DNA of 64,000 nucleotides from Stegostoma tigrinum (taxonomy: Eukaryota). Location of the stretch: NCBI RefSeq assembly GCF_030684315.1, contig NC_081362.1, positions 89,111,022 through 89,175,021 on the forward strand. Direction: 5' to 3'. Every line of letters begins with the position of its first letter. Within the stretch, counting starts at the first letter, position 1. Below, piece by piece: positions 51,072 through 63,869 of the stretch. A model generated the notes under the pieces. The model was not told the origin of the DNA. It was given only the letters and a program-made list of their open reading frames with translations, and ran no database searches. The position numbers and the translations under genes are program-made.

Positions 51072-52585
51072 GAGATAATGGGAACTGCAGATGCTGGAGA
51101 ATTCCAAGATAATAAAAATGTGAGGCTGGATGAACACAGCAGGCCAAGCAGCATCTCAGGAGCACAAAAGCTGACATTTCGGGTCTAGACCTTTCATCAG
51201 AGTGGGGGATGGGGAGAGGGTTCTGGAGTAAATAGGGAGAGGGGGGAGGCGGACCGAAGATGGAGAGAAAAGAAGATAGATGGAGAGGAGAGTATAGGTG
51301 GGGAGGTAGGGAGGGGATAGGTCAGTCCAGGGAAGACGGACAGGTCAAGGAGGCGGGATGAGGTTAGTAGGTAGGAAATGGAGGTGGGGCTTGAGATGGG
51401 AGGAAGGGATGGGTGAGAGGAAGAACAGGTTAGGGAGGCAGAGACAGGCTGGACTGGTTTTGGGATGCAGCGGGGGGAGGGGATGAGCTGGGCTGGTTGT
51501 GGGATGCGGTGGGGGAAGGGGAGATTTTGAAGCTGGTGAAGTCCACATTGATACCATTGGGCTGCAGGGTTCCCAAGCGGAATATGAGTTGCTGTTCCTG
51601 CAACCTTTGGGTGGCATCCTTGTGGCACTGCAGGAGGCCCATGATGGACATGTCGTCTGAAGAATGGGAGGGGGAGTTAAAATGGTTTGCGACTGGGAGG
51701 TGCAGTTGTTTATTGCAACCGAGGGGAGGTGTTCTGCAAAGCAGTCCCCAGGCCTCCGCTTGGTTTCCCCAATGTAGAGGAAGCCACATCGGGTACAATG
51801 GATACAGTATACCACATTGGCGGATGTGCAGGTGAACCTCTGCTTAATATGGAATGTCATCTTGGGGCCTGGGATGGGGGTGAGGGAGGTGGTGTGGAGG
51901 CAAGTCTGTAGCACTTCCTGCGGTTGCAGGGGAAGGTGCCGGGTGTGGTGGGGTTGGAAGGCAGTGTGGAGCAAACAAGGGAGTCACGGAGAGTGGTCTC
52001 TCCGGAAGGCAGGCAAGGGTGGGGATGGAAAAATGTCATGGGTGGTGGGGTCGGATTGTAGATGGCGGAAGTGTCGGAGGGGTGGGAACCCTGCAGCCCA
52101 ATGGTATCAATGTGGACTTCACCAGCTTCAAAATCTCCCCTTCCCCCACTGCATCACACAACCAGCCCAGCTCATCCCCTCCCCCCACTGCATCCCAAAA
52201 CCAGTCCAGCCTGTCTCTGCCTCCCTAACTTGTTCTTCCTCTCACCCATCCCGTCCTCCCATCTCAAGCCGCACCTCCATTTCCTACCTACTAACCTCAT
52301 CCCGCCTCCTTGACCTGTCCATCTTCCCTGGACTGACCTATCCCCTCCCTACCTCCCCACCTATACTCTCCTCTCGAACTATCTTCTTTTCTCTCCATCT
52401 TCGGTCCGCCTCCCCCTCTCTCCCTATTTATTCCAGAACCCTCTCCCCATCCCCCTCTCTGATGAAGGGTCTAGGCCCAAAACGTCAGCTTTTGTGCTCC
52501 TGAGATGCCGCTTGGCCTGCTGTGTTCATCCAGCTCCACACTTTGTTATCTTGGATTCTCCAGCATCTGCAGTTCCCATTATCTC
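51072..52585. mobile_element. Head-to-head Neptune-like Penelope element (minus arm about 51072-52080; plus arm about 52081-52585)
   Basis: Both ends terminate in gagataatgggaactgcagatgctggag / ctccagcatctgcagttcccattatctc; the minus arm encodes a frameshifted GIY-YIG. Confidence 0.92.
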
Positions 52586-52905
52586 AGAATCCGAAGGAAA
52601 ATTGGTGAAGGTCTAACTGTTGAAAATAGAATAAGAACACCAATCCAGACAGATTGCTGATTGACTCCATTAGAAATTGCAACAACAGCTTGCTCAGACA
52701 ACAACAGTAAGCAGGAGCTTAAAAGTTCAGTGGAGCTTAACAATGTACAGAACAAAATATACATTCCAGGTTTCGTTTTTATTAACAGACCGCTTGCACT
52801 GATGTCAAAGCTAAGTTCACATCCATTAAAACATCTACAAGTTAATACAACTGCAAGTTAAGTGGCAGATGACATTCCTCAAAAATCACATTTTCATTGT
52901 GACAA

Positions 52906-53561
52906 TATTATGGCTAAGGGGTGTATCCTGTACTTTTTTTTAAACATGAAGAAAGGTTTAGACAGAGCTGGCAAGCAGTCTGTTCAAGGGAGCCTGTGAG
53001 GCGTTAGGCTTTTTTTTAAAAAACAGTTAGAACAAGAGAAGCAGCAAGGTCAAGCTCCCTCAGAACCAAGATTTTTAGTGATAATGGGAACTGCAGATGC
53101 TGGAGAATCCAAGATAATAAAATTATTCATCCAGCCTCACATTTTTTTATCCAAGATTTTTAGTGTTAGCTTTCTGCAATTGCTGAGGTCGTGAAGTTGA
53201 GTGTGGAAGCACATATTCCTCTCTGTACTACAGCTGAAAGGTGGTCTGTTCTTCCTGCTACTAGAATTGCATGTGAGACAATCTATTTAACTAAATTCGA
53301 TTTTGCCAACAAAGGATGTTACCGTACCAAAACAGTTAATTAGCAGATAATGTATTATTTTGTTAAGCAATTCAATCAAGTTACAGTTAAGTCAGTTATT
53401 TCATTTTTATTTTGACTGTATTTTAACTGTGGTGCAAAAATAAGTGATTTTCTTAGAGTAGTTTGGCCAATCAAATTGCATCTGGAATGCAATACCTTAC
53501 AGTTGGGGTCTAGGCTATAATCTTAATATATTGAGGGGTTTGTCCAGTCTCGTCCATATCA
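52906..53561. mobile_element. Possible solo LTR
   Basis: Ends tattatgg ... ccatatca resemble TGTTATGG...CCATAACA LTR termini; no target-site duplication found. Confidence 0.3.
53081..53150. mobile_element. About 70-bp chimeric Penelope-terminus insertion
   Basis: Two opposite-orientation terminus pieces; exact 15-bp repeat ccaagatttttagtg at 53066-53080 and 53151-53165. Confidence 0.85.
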
Positions 53562-53879
53562 CTTATGGTTGGCTCACATCCCAGATCTTGAGCTGATCAA
53601 AAAAATTCACACAGCTGGTTACTACACTCCTATCTCAGCATCATAAGACTGAACTAAAAACAAATTGCAGAGATTGTGACATGTTGATTACCTGTGATTT
53701 CACAATTTAACACAGATAGGATCCATGGCTTTATTGGCAATTGGCTGGAAAGATTAGCTATTAGTTCTCCTCTGGATCAGCCCACCCACGTCTTGCAGCA
53801 GGTGCCATTGCTCAAGTCACAGAGGAGTGTGTTGACCAGACCCAATGATCAACAGCATAGCGCTTGTTCATTTCAGTGG

Positions 53880-53914
53880 ACAGAGGTAACAGAGGTAACA
53901 GAGGTAACAGAGGC
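53880..53914 (+). repeat. 9-bp tandem repeat (acagaggta), about 4 units
   Basis: acagaggtaacagaggtaacagaggtaacagagg. Confidence 0.9.
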
Positions 53915-54298
53915 AAGCATTATTTGAAAATGTTGAAGAGGACGGGGTGGAGTGGAGCATGTGCTAAAATGTACAATTGATTACCCACCAAATTTGATTA
54001 CATTTCAGGAATCAACATAACGGATATCAAAATTTCAGTCTAATTACAATGATCAACTACTCCTTTGGATCAGTTTATTTTTGACCTGCATACACAATGC
54101 ATGCCAAACTAATGCCTGTATCATAATTCAGTTTTAAATTTAGCTCAAAATGTAAGCATCCTTTTGTAACCTTTGACCTTCTTTGCCTGTGCATGTAACC
54201 TGCACACTAAGTAAAATTATGCCCACAAGTCTTAAATTGGAAATTGAAGGTGGGAAAACATCAGCTGAGTCAGTTTCTACCATCTCAAGAAAACTCAC

Positions 54299-54451
54299 CT
54301 GACGCAGGCGATCCAGAGTGAGGATATTCTCCACTGCCAGTACACTACGGAGATATTTCTCAATGTATGCTTCTTTCTCAGCAGACTCCGCAGTTTCTAA
54401 CTCTGCTGCCATTCGTGCCAGAGTTTCACGGTCTTCGGATGCTTGGGCATC
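54299..54451 (-). CDS. KIF13B: KIF13B coding exon
   Basis: DAQASEDRETLARMAAELETAESAEKEAYIEKYLRSVLAVENILTLDRLRQ; cag acceptor, gtgag donor. Confidence 0.94.
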
Positions 54452-57174
54452 CTGAGAAATAGAAAGAAGAATACCAGATTATTCATATAACCCATCTTGT
54501 GTCTTAAGGCAAACCATGCAAAAATTAGGTGGCGATTTATTTTAGTTTTTGCTGAAATAGATCTATTGATCATTTCGTTGTCAATAAAAGTGTAAGCTGC
54601 CACGTTCAGAAACTATCTATCGCTTTGATCAGCCTGCACCTTCAATACTGATCACTTAGGCATTAAGATTCAGGCTAACTGATCTCTATGACAGATCACT
54701 TGGTTAAGAGGTAGGGTAGTAACATCAAGTATCTTAGCTTCACAAGGAGGAATTAAATGGAGCACAAAGGCAAGGAAGTTATAGAAAATTTCTCTTTTTA
54801 AATCATCAGTTAAACCTCAGTTACAGTAATGTGAACAACTCTTAGTATTATGCATCAGGGAAAAAAAAATCAATGCATTGAAGTGGACATTTGCTAGAAT
54901 TGTACCAGGACTGAGGGCCTTCAGTTACATGGAGGGATTGGACAAGTTCTTCAAGATGTACGATTAGATTCAGCAAAGGTGTTCAATATTAGGAAAGAGC
55001 TGATGGACTAAATGGATATAAATTGTTCAAGCAGGAGGGTTGTCAACTAGAGGACAAGGATTTCAGATAATCAATAAAAGGACTAGGAGCTAGATGAGGA
55101 GAATATTTTACTTTGTTTATACAACTTGGGTAGCAGATGTAGATTCAATAGTAACGTTCAAAGTAAATTTGATGAGAATGAACACAAGGTGGATTTTGTT
55201 TATGCTGTAAAGTTAAAGATCTTGCTGTTCAAAATACAGACTGGCATCAATCACTAATCTATGACAATTAGCTGACACAGCAGCTGAAATTCTCTCACAG
55301 GATAGTGATATGCATCAAAATTCTCTGCTGGTGAGTGACAGATCACCAACAGATTGTCAAGGTGTGTGCACGTATTTTTCAATTAGGATCTCTTCTCCCA
55401 TAAAGTCAGCTCTAGTGCTGTTTCATGATCCAAAGAATGTATATCACATACTATCAATTACCAATTTGCTTTAACATAAACTTACTCCTGAACTGTGTTG
55501 CAAGAGTACATACAAACACATGAATCAGAAGGAGGCATACGCCAGTTATGTCCTCCTCTGCCATTCAGAAAGATCCTCGCTAAGCCGATTGTTGCCTCAA
55601 CACTAATTTCCCGATGACCCTCACTAACCGCTTGTTAGTCAATAATCTGTCTCCTTGTGTCTTACAAGTAATTACTGACTCTACCTCACCAGTGAAGAAA
55701 ATTCCAAATGCTTCTAATTCTCAAATTAAAAACTCTTCATTTCTAACTTAAAATGCGATCACCCTATTTTTCAACTATCTCACCTTGTTTTAGTTTTGCC
55801 CACAATGGGAGACATCCCTTCAACTGTCACAACTTTGGTGCTGAAGGAAATAGGGTGCTTCCACACTCCTCCAAGTCATAGGCATGTTTCATTGAGGGTT
55901 AGAGGGCTCAAGTAGCACAGTAAAATTACTAAATGAATAATCCAGAAGCCTGAACTGATGTTCTGACGATACAGGAGTTCGAATCGCACCATTGCAGCTG
56001 GGGCAGTTTAAAAGTCAATAAGTAATGATTCTGGAACCAAACAGCCTGCAAGTTATAAAAAACTCATCGGGCTCACTCATTTCATTCAAGGGGGGAAACC
56101 CATTATCCTGTTCATACTGGCCCACACGACTCCAAACCACGCCAATGCTCTCTGAAAAGGCCAAGCAAACTGCTCAATTGTAGGTGGCACAGTGCCACCA
56201 ACTTTAAACCAATTAAGGATGGAGAATAAAGGCTGAAATTGTCAACAAAACTCACATTCAAAACAGGACATGTTTTAAAGAAACTACACAGTTGCTCTTC
56301 CCATAAAAATACACCATGCTACTAATAAAGTTAGTTGGGTCAGATAGAAAGTTAATTAAATCAGCCTAAGTATGATTAATAAACCCAATAACAATGCACA
56401 TTCCATCTGTAAATCTAACTCGAATAATCTTAAACTAATTAAACAGCAAGTTAAAATTTCCCTTAAATCATATAACCTCGACATAATGTCTATTAGGCTC
56501 CCTCAAATTATGTTTGAGGCGCAAGAGTAACCAGATAGGATATGGATGCCAGCTTAAAAATTTAACTTCTTAACTTAAACTTAACCACTTAGGAAGAGGG
56601 TTTTAGCTCACACTACCAGTTCCACCTTTCTGAAAGCAGCCCCCTGCTCTTGGCCCAGAGCCTGCAATTTGTTTTTCAATTTTTAACAATATATCCAACT
56701 CTCTTTCAAAGTTGATTCTGAATTTACTCCCAACACTGTTTTCAGATCCCAGATTTACTTTGGTGAAACTATTATGTTGACCCCTTAGCTCATTTGTCAA
56801 TTATCTCGTATCATTTTCCAAAGGTTACTGACCATCCTGTCAGTAGATGCAGTTTTTTGCCATCTGCTACATCAAACTTCCTCTCATTCACCAGCACTAT
56901 TTCCACTGTGCTCAAAGGCAATCTTGGATTATTATGCATTTTACATGCAGATAACGCTTTACCTGCAAAACTTGCCGACACCAATTGGTCAACTTTTTGA
57001 GTTAATCAGCCTTCACTGGAACCTCTTTTTCATTATTTACAGCGTACTTAGGTACAGGACATCATTTTGTGCGCAAACCTGTCAATATCCCCACAAATAA
57101 CACCAAAACTAGGTCCAACTCTTTAAAAAAGTCCACAAACCAACATCAAGTCATGACAATTATTGCTTACATAC

Positions 57175-57267
57175 CTCTGGAATATTGGAGACGATCTCAA
57201 AGGTCACTCCACACGCATTAAATGTACTTTTATGGGACATTCGTCTCAGGAAATTTTGTGCAAAACC
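57175..57267 (-). CDS. KIF13B: KIF13B coding exon
   Basis: GFAQNFLRRMSHKSTFNACGVTFEIVSNIPE; cag acceptor, gtatg donor. Confidence 0.92.
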
Positions 57268-57371
57268 CTGAAATTATACATTTTGTTATGGTGTAAAATG
57301 AAGACATTAATAAGCTTCACAATAGTCAACCCACACCAGGCGCTAGCACGAAGATCAACTGACATCTGAAT

Positions 57372-59150
57372 GACAAGAAAGGAAAGCCCTAGAGGGACTC
57401 AAAAAAGATAAAAACATCGTTATCCTTCCTGCAGACAAGGACACTTGAGTCATTTTAAACCGAACAGACTACATTGAGAAAGCAAACGCACTGCTTGCAG
57501 ATACTGACACTTACCAACAGGTAGTGATAGACCAGACCCCACAACTAGAGAACCGAATCACAGCCTTACTCAAAAAACTTCAAAAATCTGGAGAATTAAA
57601 CAAGAGAAACTTCCAAAAAATGAAACCAGATGGATCCAACACACCACGCTTCTACGGACTACCAAAAATTCACAAACCAGGAGCCCCCCTCAGAACCATA
57701 GTCTCACTACCTGGAACACCAACCTACAGATTAGCCAAGGAACGACACCAAAGACTAAAACACCTAATAGAAGACTCACGCCACTCCATTCGCTCCACCC
57801 AAGAATTCCTGAACACCAAAGACACCAAGATAGAAGAGGATGAAATAATGGTCTCCTTTGACGTAACAGCCCTGTTCACATCCATCAACGTCAACCTGGC
57901 CGAAGAGACACAGACTACACTATTAGAAGAACCAAAGACACATACACCAGACTCCACCAACCTCATCAGCAAGGACAACATCAAGCTAGTGGACCTATGC
58001 CTTACCACCCACTTCACTTTCAATAACAAAACCTACAGACAAACCAACGGTACACCCATGGGATCTCCGATATCAGGGTTCTTAGCAGAGGCAGTAATGC
58101 AGAGACTCGAACGAACAGCTCTGCCAATCATCCAACCCAAACTTTGGGTCCGCTACGTGGATGACACCTTTGTCATCACTAAACAAAACAAATTAGAGGA
58201 AACTTTCAAGACCATCAATAATACCCTTTACTGGCATAACATTCACAAAAGAGGAGGAAAACAACAACAAACTGCCATTCCTAGATGTCACAGTAGAGCG
58301 AACAGCCAATGGGGAACTTCAAACCAGCGTCTACAGGAAAACAACACATACGGACCAAATACTGAACTACAGGAGCAACCATCCCAACACCCACAAACGA
58401 ATCTGCATTAGAACATTATTCCAACGAGCCACCACACACTGCAGCACAGAGGAAAATCACCTACACAGCGTATTCAAAAAGAACGGGTATCCTATGAACA
58501 CAGTCCACCGATTCCTCAGCAACAAACCCAAACAAACAGACAAAACAGGCTCAGAAACCATAACCACTCTCCCCTACATCAAAGACATGTCCGAAATGAC
58601 TGCCAGACTACTCGGACCCCTTGGCATCAGGGTAGCCCACAAACCCACCAACACACGAAAACAGCAACTAGTGAACTTAAAAGACCCTATACAGACAACA
58701 AATAAAACAAACGTCATCTACAAAATACCTTGCAAGAACTGTGACAAACACTACACCTGGACAAACAGCAGAAAGCTAGCCACCAGGATACATGAACATC
58801 AACTAGCCACAAAACGACATGACCCATTATCACTAGTATCCTTACACACAGATGAGGAAGGACACCACTTTGATTGGGACAACACATCCATCCTAGGACA
58901 AGCCAAACAGAGACACGCACAAGAATTCCAACCGGAACTCCATCAACAAACACATTGATTTGGAGCCCATCAACCATCCGCTGAGAAAAAGAACAGGAAA
59001 TGACATCCCCAACCCAAGGAAACCTAAACAGATAAACAGAAAGCAGGACATAACACCAGCGCTTCATCAGAGGCTCACTGATGATGTTACCTACAATGGT
59101 GACCAAACGTCTGAAAACGAACCTCCCAGCTCAGCGAGCAAACTCACATC
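57372..59150 (+). mobile_element. Poseidon-like Penelope element, 5'-truncated and frameshifted (RT and GIY-YIG)
   Basis: PRFYGLPKIHK, SFDVTALFTSI, GTPMGSPISG, WVRYVDDTF, NVIYKIPCKNC; exact 13-bp repeat ctgacatctgaat at 57359-57371 and 59151-59163. Confidence 0.93.
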
Positions 59151-60106
59151 CTGACATCTGAATTTTCAGTACTCTACTGTATTCTCTGACTTTTCTACCA
59201 ACCTGAAACTATCACAAAGCAGCACAGCTCAAATCAGTACCTTAACCAAGCAGTTCTTTCCCCGCTTTGGCTTAGCCACGTGCCCAACATGTGCAAAATC
59301 TACAGGTGAGTCTCTATACGAAGTTAAGGTAGCCAGAGTGCTGGAGCTGCCATTTGGCCGATTATTGGAGCTCCCAATCTTCTAATACAAACATAACATA
59401 GGTGTCGAAACCCAAGGACGTAGCAAAGGTAGATAATGTTCACAACATGCAGCCAGAGCAGAGGAAAATTTTTATAGTTTTAAACTACACAGCCCTCCAG
59501 CAGGCAGCACTGGTAAGGCTCCTGCCATTTTTCCACCCAGCATCACAATACTAAATGACAGCCAACTCCGCTTGGGAACAAGTTTAGTTTTCCTTTATTA
59601 AATTCTTTTCCTTCCTCCCCACTGAATCCCTAATACTCTTCCTGGTAACATACACGACAGTGCAGACACCAGCTGCCCTCCAGCAGCTAATAATTCTTCA
59701 CACAGGTGCTTAAATCAGAATTGATAAACTATTCAAGGGTTAGGAGTGTCCAAAACTACCATCAAACCAAAGCCGGTGTCAGCATGCTTTCCAGGAGGGC
59801 CAAAAGATAACAATCAGAAGTGAAACAAGCTGCCTTCACTTTTCCCTATAGCAGATGCACTGAAGTCAGCGTAACAGCCCTAAAGTTGTCCTGGCTAAAA
59901 CTATACCATCACCACTGCAGGACTTTTAGAATCCAGGTGGCAGAATTAACACTTGTGAACAGAATAAGGTGAGTTTGCAACCTTCAATCACAATTTATTA
60001 GCTTGCCTTTTTAATTCACTTCATTGAATCACTCCAATTTTCTTCATTAATTTGTTTAGGACTCTGATTTTAGCAGAATTGCCAGAGGGCTCCCTTCAGA
60101 CTGTAC

Positions 60107-60283
60107 CTGTCGGCTGTAAACATTTACACAGATGCGCTTGCGTAACACGAGCTGCATCTCAGCAGGGTGGCTGAGCTGAACCACAGTCTTCACAATGAGA
60201 AAAACACGCTCATCAGCTGGAGTGCCTTTGCTCAAGGATGGACAATTATGAATGTTAGAGTCCCAGGAAGCCTCTGCCTTCAC
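60107..60283 (-). CDS. KIF13B: KIF13B coding exon
   Basis: VKAEASWDSNIHNCPSLSKGTPADERVFLIVKTVVQLSHPAEMQLVLRKRICVNVYSRQ. Confidence 0.94.
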
Positions 60284-60540
60284 CTTATGAGAAAAAAAAT
60301 AAAAATCAGTGCACAGCATTTACTATGGATAAATTCCAAAAGTCAGCTTACAGCAAATTACTGAATGAAAGAAGTTTAAATGTGGATCAGCAGACGTTAT
60401 GAAATGTTTATAGATACCAGGAAAAGATGGACAGTGGTACTCAGCATAGCATGTTTTTCTTCAATCAGCTGTTGAGGGTTAGCTTTTTTTAAAAAAAAAG
60501 ACTTTTTCATGAGTTGCTGTCAAGATCAACTTCTCATTAG

Positions 60541-60848
60541 GGGTGGCACAGTGGCTCAGTGGTTAGCACAACCGCCTCACAGTGCCAGAGACCTGGGTTC
60601 TGTTCCAGCCTTGGGTGACTGTCTGTGTGGAGTTTGCACATTTTCCCCGTGCCTGCGCGGGTTTCCTCCTACAGTCCAAAGATGTGCAGGTTCGGTGGAT
60701 TAGCCAGGCTAAATTGTTCACAGTGTTCAGGGAGGTGTAGATCAGGTCGGTTATTAGGGGGATGGGTCTGGGTGGGATGTTCTGAGGGGCGGTGTGGACT
60801 TGTTGGGCTGACGGGCCTGTTTCCACATTGTAGGGATTCTATGATCTA
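60541..60848 (+). mobile_element. HE1-like SINE
   Basis: gggtggcacagtggctcagtggttagc (A box), gggttctgttcc (B-box-like), V-domain-like core and CR1-like tail. Confidence 0.85.
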
Positions 60849-61684
60849 ATGCACATCCTGACTGCCCTTTAGGAAGTGGTTCTTCGCCGCTGCAGCAGGC
60901 ACTACTGGTCTGAGGCACTCCTCTCTCAGTTCTGTTATGAAAGTGGTTCCATGATTCAAATACGAGTTGTATCATGCTGGTACAACTGGGTGGCTGGCTA
61001 AACTTTTTCAAGGGCAGTTGACGGTGCTCTGGATCTAGAGTCGTAGATCAAACCAGGCAAGGACGACAACCTTCCGCTCCAAATGACATGAATGAACCAT
61101 ACAGACAAAACAATATCTTTATGACACCACTACTGAGACTGAGATTTATATCCAGATTTTTATTGATGAATTGAATTTAAATTCCAACAGCTATGCTGCC
61201 AGGATTACTTGTACAGTGACATTGCCACTATGTTGTTGATACAAATTCATTCCCAACTCCATTCAGTTTTGCTCTAGCTGCGTGCTCGAAGAACTTTAAC
61301 TTATTAAATATTTTAGTTTCACAACTGTTTCATGTTAGGCCTGATTCAGTTTAGGATTCATCACATATCAATGGAGAAATATTCTGCACATGCTGCAAAA
61401 CTCAGTTCATGGATGACAAATGATCCTCACTTCTTTCCTCCAATCTCCTCTTACTTTGAAAAATGAAAATAAAATTCCACCCATCATTAGAAGTGGGATT
61501 CCTGCTCCTTTCTGACTTGACATTTTAACTTCTCTCTCCCTTTCTAGTTTCAAGGAAAGCTTATAAAACCTCTTTCCTTCCACAAACGTCCTTTTGTTTA
61601 GTCCTTGCTGTCCAATTTTCTACTGTTTTCCATTATTAGAAGTTTAATTTGAAGATATATAAATATATTGGAGAGCTAAATCAC

Positions 61685-61809
61685 CTCTGGTTCGTGGCGC
61701 TTTGCAATCTGAAGTTCAAAAATGTCATCATCATCTTCATCGATAAGGCTAGCATCCAATGCACCAGGTTCTGGCCCATCCAGATCTTCACGGGAGCTGA
61801 AGTCATCAG
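61685..61809 (-). CDS. KIF13B: KIF13B coding exon (most upstream in the window)
   Basis: DDFSSREDLDGPEPGALDASLIDEDDDDIFELQIAKRHEPE; tag acceptor, gtgat donor. Confidence 0.88.
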
Positions 61810-63620
61810 CTAATGGTGGGTGAGCAAGGAAAGAGAGAAAATAGCGACAGTGCTAAACAAAAGCGCATCATCTTTTGGGATTATTTAAGAGGTTTTTTTT
61901 CTAAATTATCTCTAAACTTTTTCCTAGTTAATGGCACTCCTCTGTTGTGCTCAGTATGTGCACATGGATAAGGAGAGAAGATTAAATGTATTTCAAAGAT
62001 ATCTGTAGTCTCAGCTGAGTGAAATGAAGCATTGTGGAAAGACACGCATTGCTTTGCTTGCTCTCTTCACTCTGATCCTCCAAAACTTCTTGGAGGGGAG
62101 TGACAAACGCATATTCCCCACTTGCAGGCACTGGCATTTGAAATTGGGAATCAAGCAGAATGACAACCAAGCAAAATCCCAGCGGCCAAGGAAGAAAGCA
62201 GACTGAAGCAAATCCACTCTTGCAAGTAATGCCTTTGGGTGAGGAAAGTCTGTTAAGGAAAAATTCAACACCAGAACTTTGTCAGCCTGGGCAAACTATT
62301 GACACACCTGTACCTAAAAAGCATCTTTATCCTGATTGACGTGGCTCTGTCCCAAAGCCTACTTTTCGGAGAATGTTTCAAAATCAGAAAAGGGTTTAGG
62401 TAATAAAAGAGAAACTATTTCTAACTGCTGGAGGATCAATTGCCAGACAGCATAGACTTACAGAGACAGTTGAAGAACTGGAGGTAACATGACAAAATCA
62501 TTTTATGCAACAAGTAGCATTTGGTAAACTTGCCTTTACTGGTAAGTGCATTGAGTATGGGAGTTGGGAGGTCATGTTACAGCTGAAGCATGACCTTACA
62601 GAGGTTAATAAAATCATGAAGGCCATGGATAGGGTGACAAGTCAAGGTCTTTTCCCCAGGGTGGGAGAGACTGAAATTGAAAGGCATAGGTTTAAGTTGA
62701 GAGGAGAAAGACTTTAACAAGGAACCTAAGGAACAACTTTTTCACAGAGGGTGTTGCATGTGCGGAACAATCTGCCAGAGTAAGTGGAGGAGGTTGGTAC
62801 AATCAGCTGTCTAAAAGGTATCTGGATGAGTATACGAACAGCATAGGTTTAGAGGGATATGGACCAAACGCTGGCAAATGAGACTAGAATAATTTAGGAT
62901 AGTTGCCACCCAGGTTGACAGGGCTGTTAAGAAGGCATACAGTGTTTTAGCTTTTATTAATAGAGGGATCGAGTTCCGGAACCAAGAGGTTATGGTGAAG
63001 CTGTACAAAACTCTGGTGCGGCCGCACTTGGAGTATTGTGTACAGTTCTGGTCACCGCGTTATAAGAAGGATGAGGAAGCTTTGGAAAGGGTGCAGAGGA
63101 GATTTACTAGGATGTTACCTGGTATGGAGGGAAGGTCTTACGAGGAAAGGCTGAGGGACTGGAGGCTGTTTTCATTAGGGAGAAGAAGGTTGAGAGGTGA
63201 CTTCATAGAAACATATAAAATAATCAGAGGGTTAGATAGGGTGGATAGGGAGAGCCTTTTTCCTAGGATGGTGACGGCGAGCACGAGGGGGCATAGCTTT
63301 AAATTGAGGGGTGAAAGATATAGGACAGATGTCAGAGGTAGTTTCTTTACTCAGAGAGTAGTAAGGGAATGGAACGCTTTGCCTGCAACGGTAGTAGATT
63401 CGCCAACTTTAGGTACATTTAAGTCGTCATTAGATAAGCATATGGACGTACATGGAATATAGTGTAGGTTAGATGGGCTTGAGATCGGTATGACAGGCCG
63501 GCATAACATCGAGGGCCGAAGGGCCTGTACTGTGCTGTAACGTTCTACGGTCGGCATGGACGAGTTGGATTGATTGGGTCTGCTTCTGTGCTGTACGATT
63601 GTAAGACCCTATGACTAAGT

Positions 63621-63869
63621 TCTGGATGTGAGTTTGCTCGCTGAGCTGGAAGGTTAGTTTTCAGACGTTTCGTCACCATTCTAGGTAACATCATCAGTGA
63701 GCCTCCGACGAAGCGCTGGTGTTATGTCCCGCTTTCTATTTATCTGGTTAGGTTTCCTTGGGTTGGTGATGTCATTTCCTGTTCTTTTTCTCAGGGGACG
63801 GTAGATTGGCTCCAAGTCAATGTGGTTGTTGATGGAGTTCCGGTTGGAATGCCATGCTTCTAGGAATGT
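63621..63869 (-). mobile_element. Poseidon-like Penelope 3' terminal fragment
   Basis: Reverse complement of about 32530-32780; exact 12-bp repeat ctatgactaagt at 63609-63620 and 63870-63881. Confidence 0.9.
63661..63700 (-). ncRNA. Minimal type I hammerhead ribozyme motif, intact
   Basis: Minus strand TCA-CTGATGA-T-GTTACC tagaat GGTGAC-GAAAC-GTC-TGA; stem II fully paired (one G-U). Confidence 0.75.

Noticed and set aside
13952-53165. Recurrent ~30-40 bp repeats suggesting a CRISPR-like array
   Set aside because: They are dispersed retroelement termini with no regular spacers, in a vertebrate context
60541-60615. tRNA-like sequence (also near 37870-37940 and 46480-46548)
   Set aside because: Degenerate SINE heads followed by SINE body and tail, not tRNA genes
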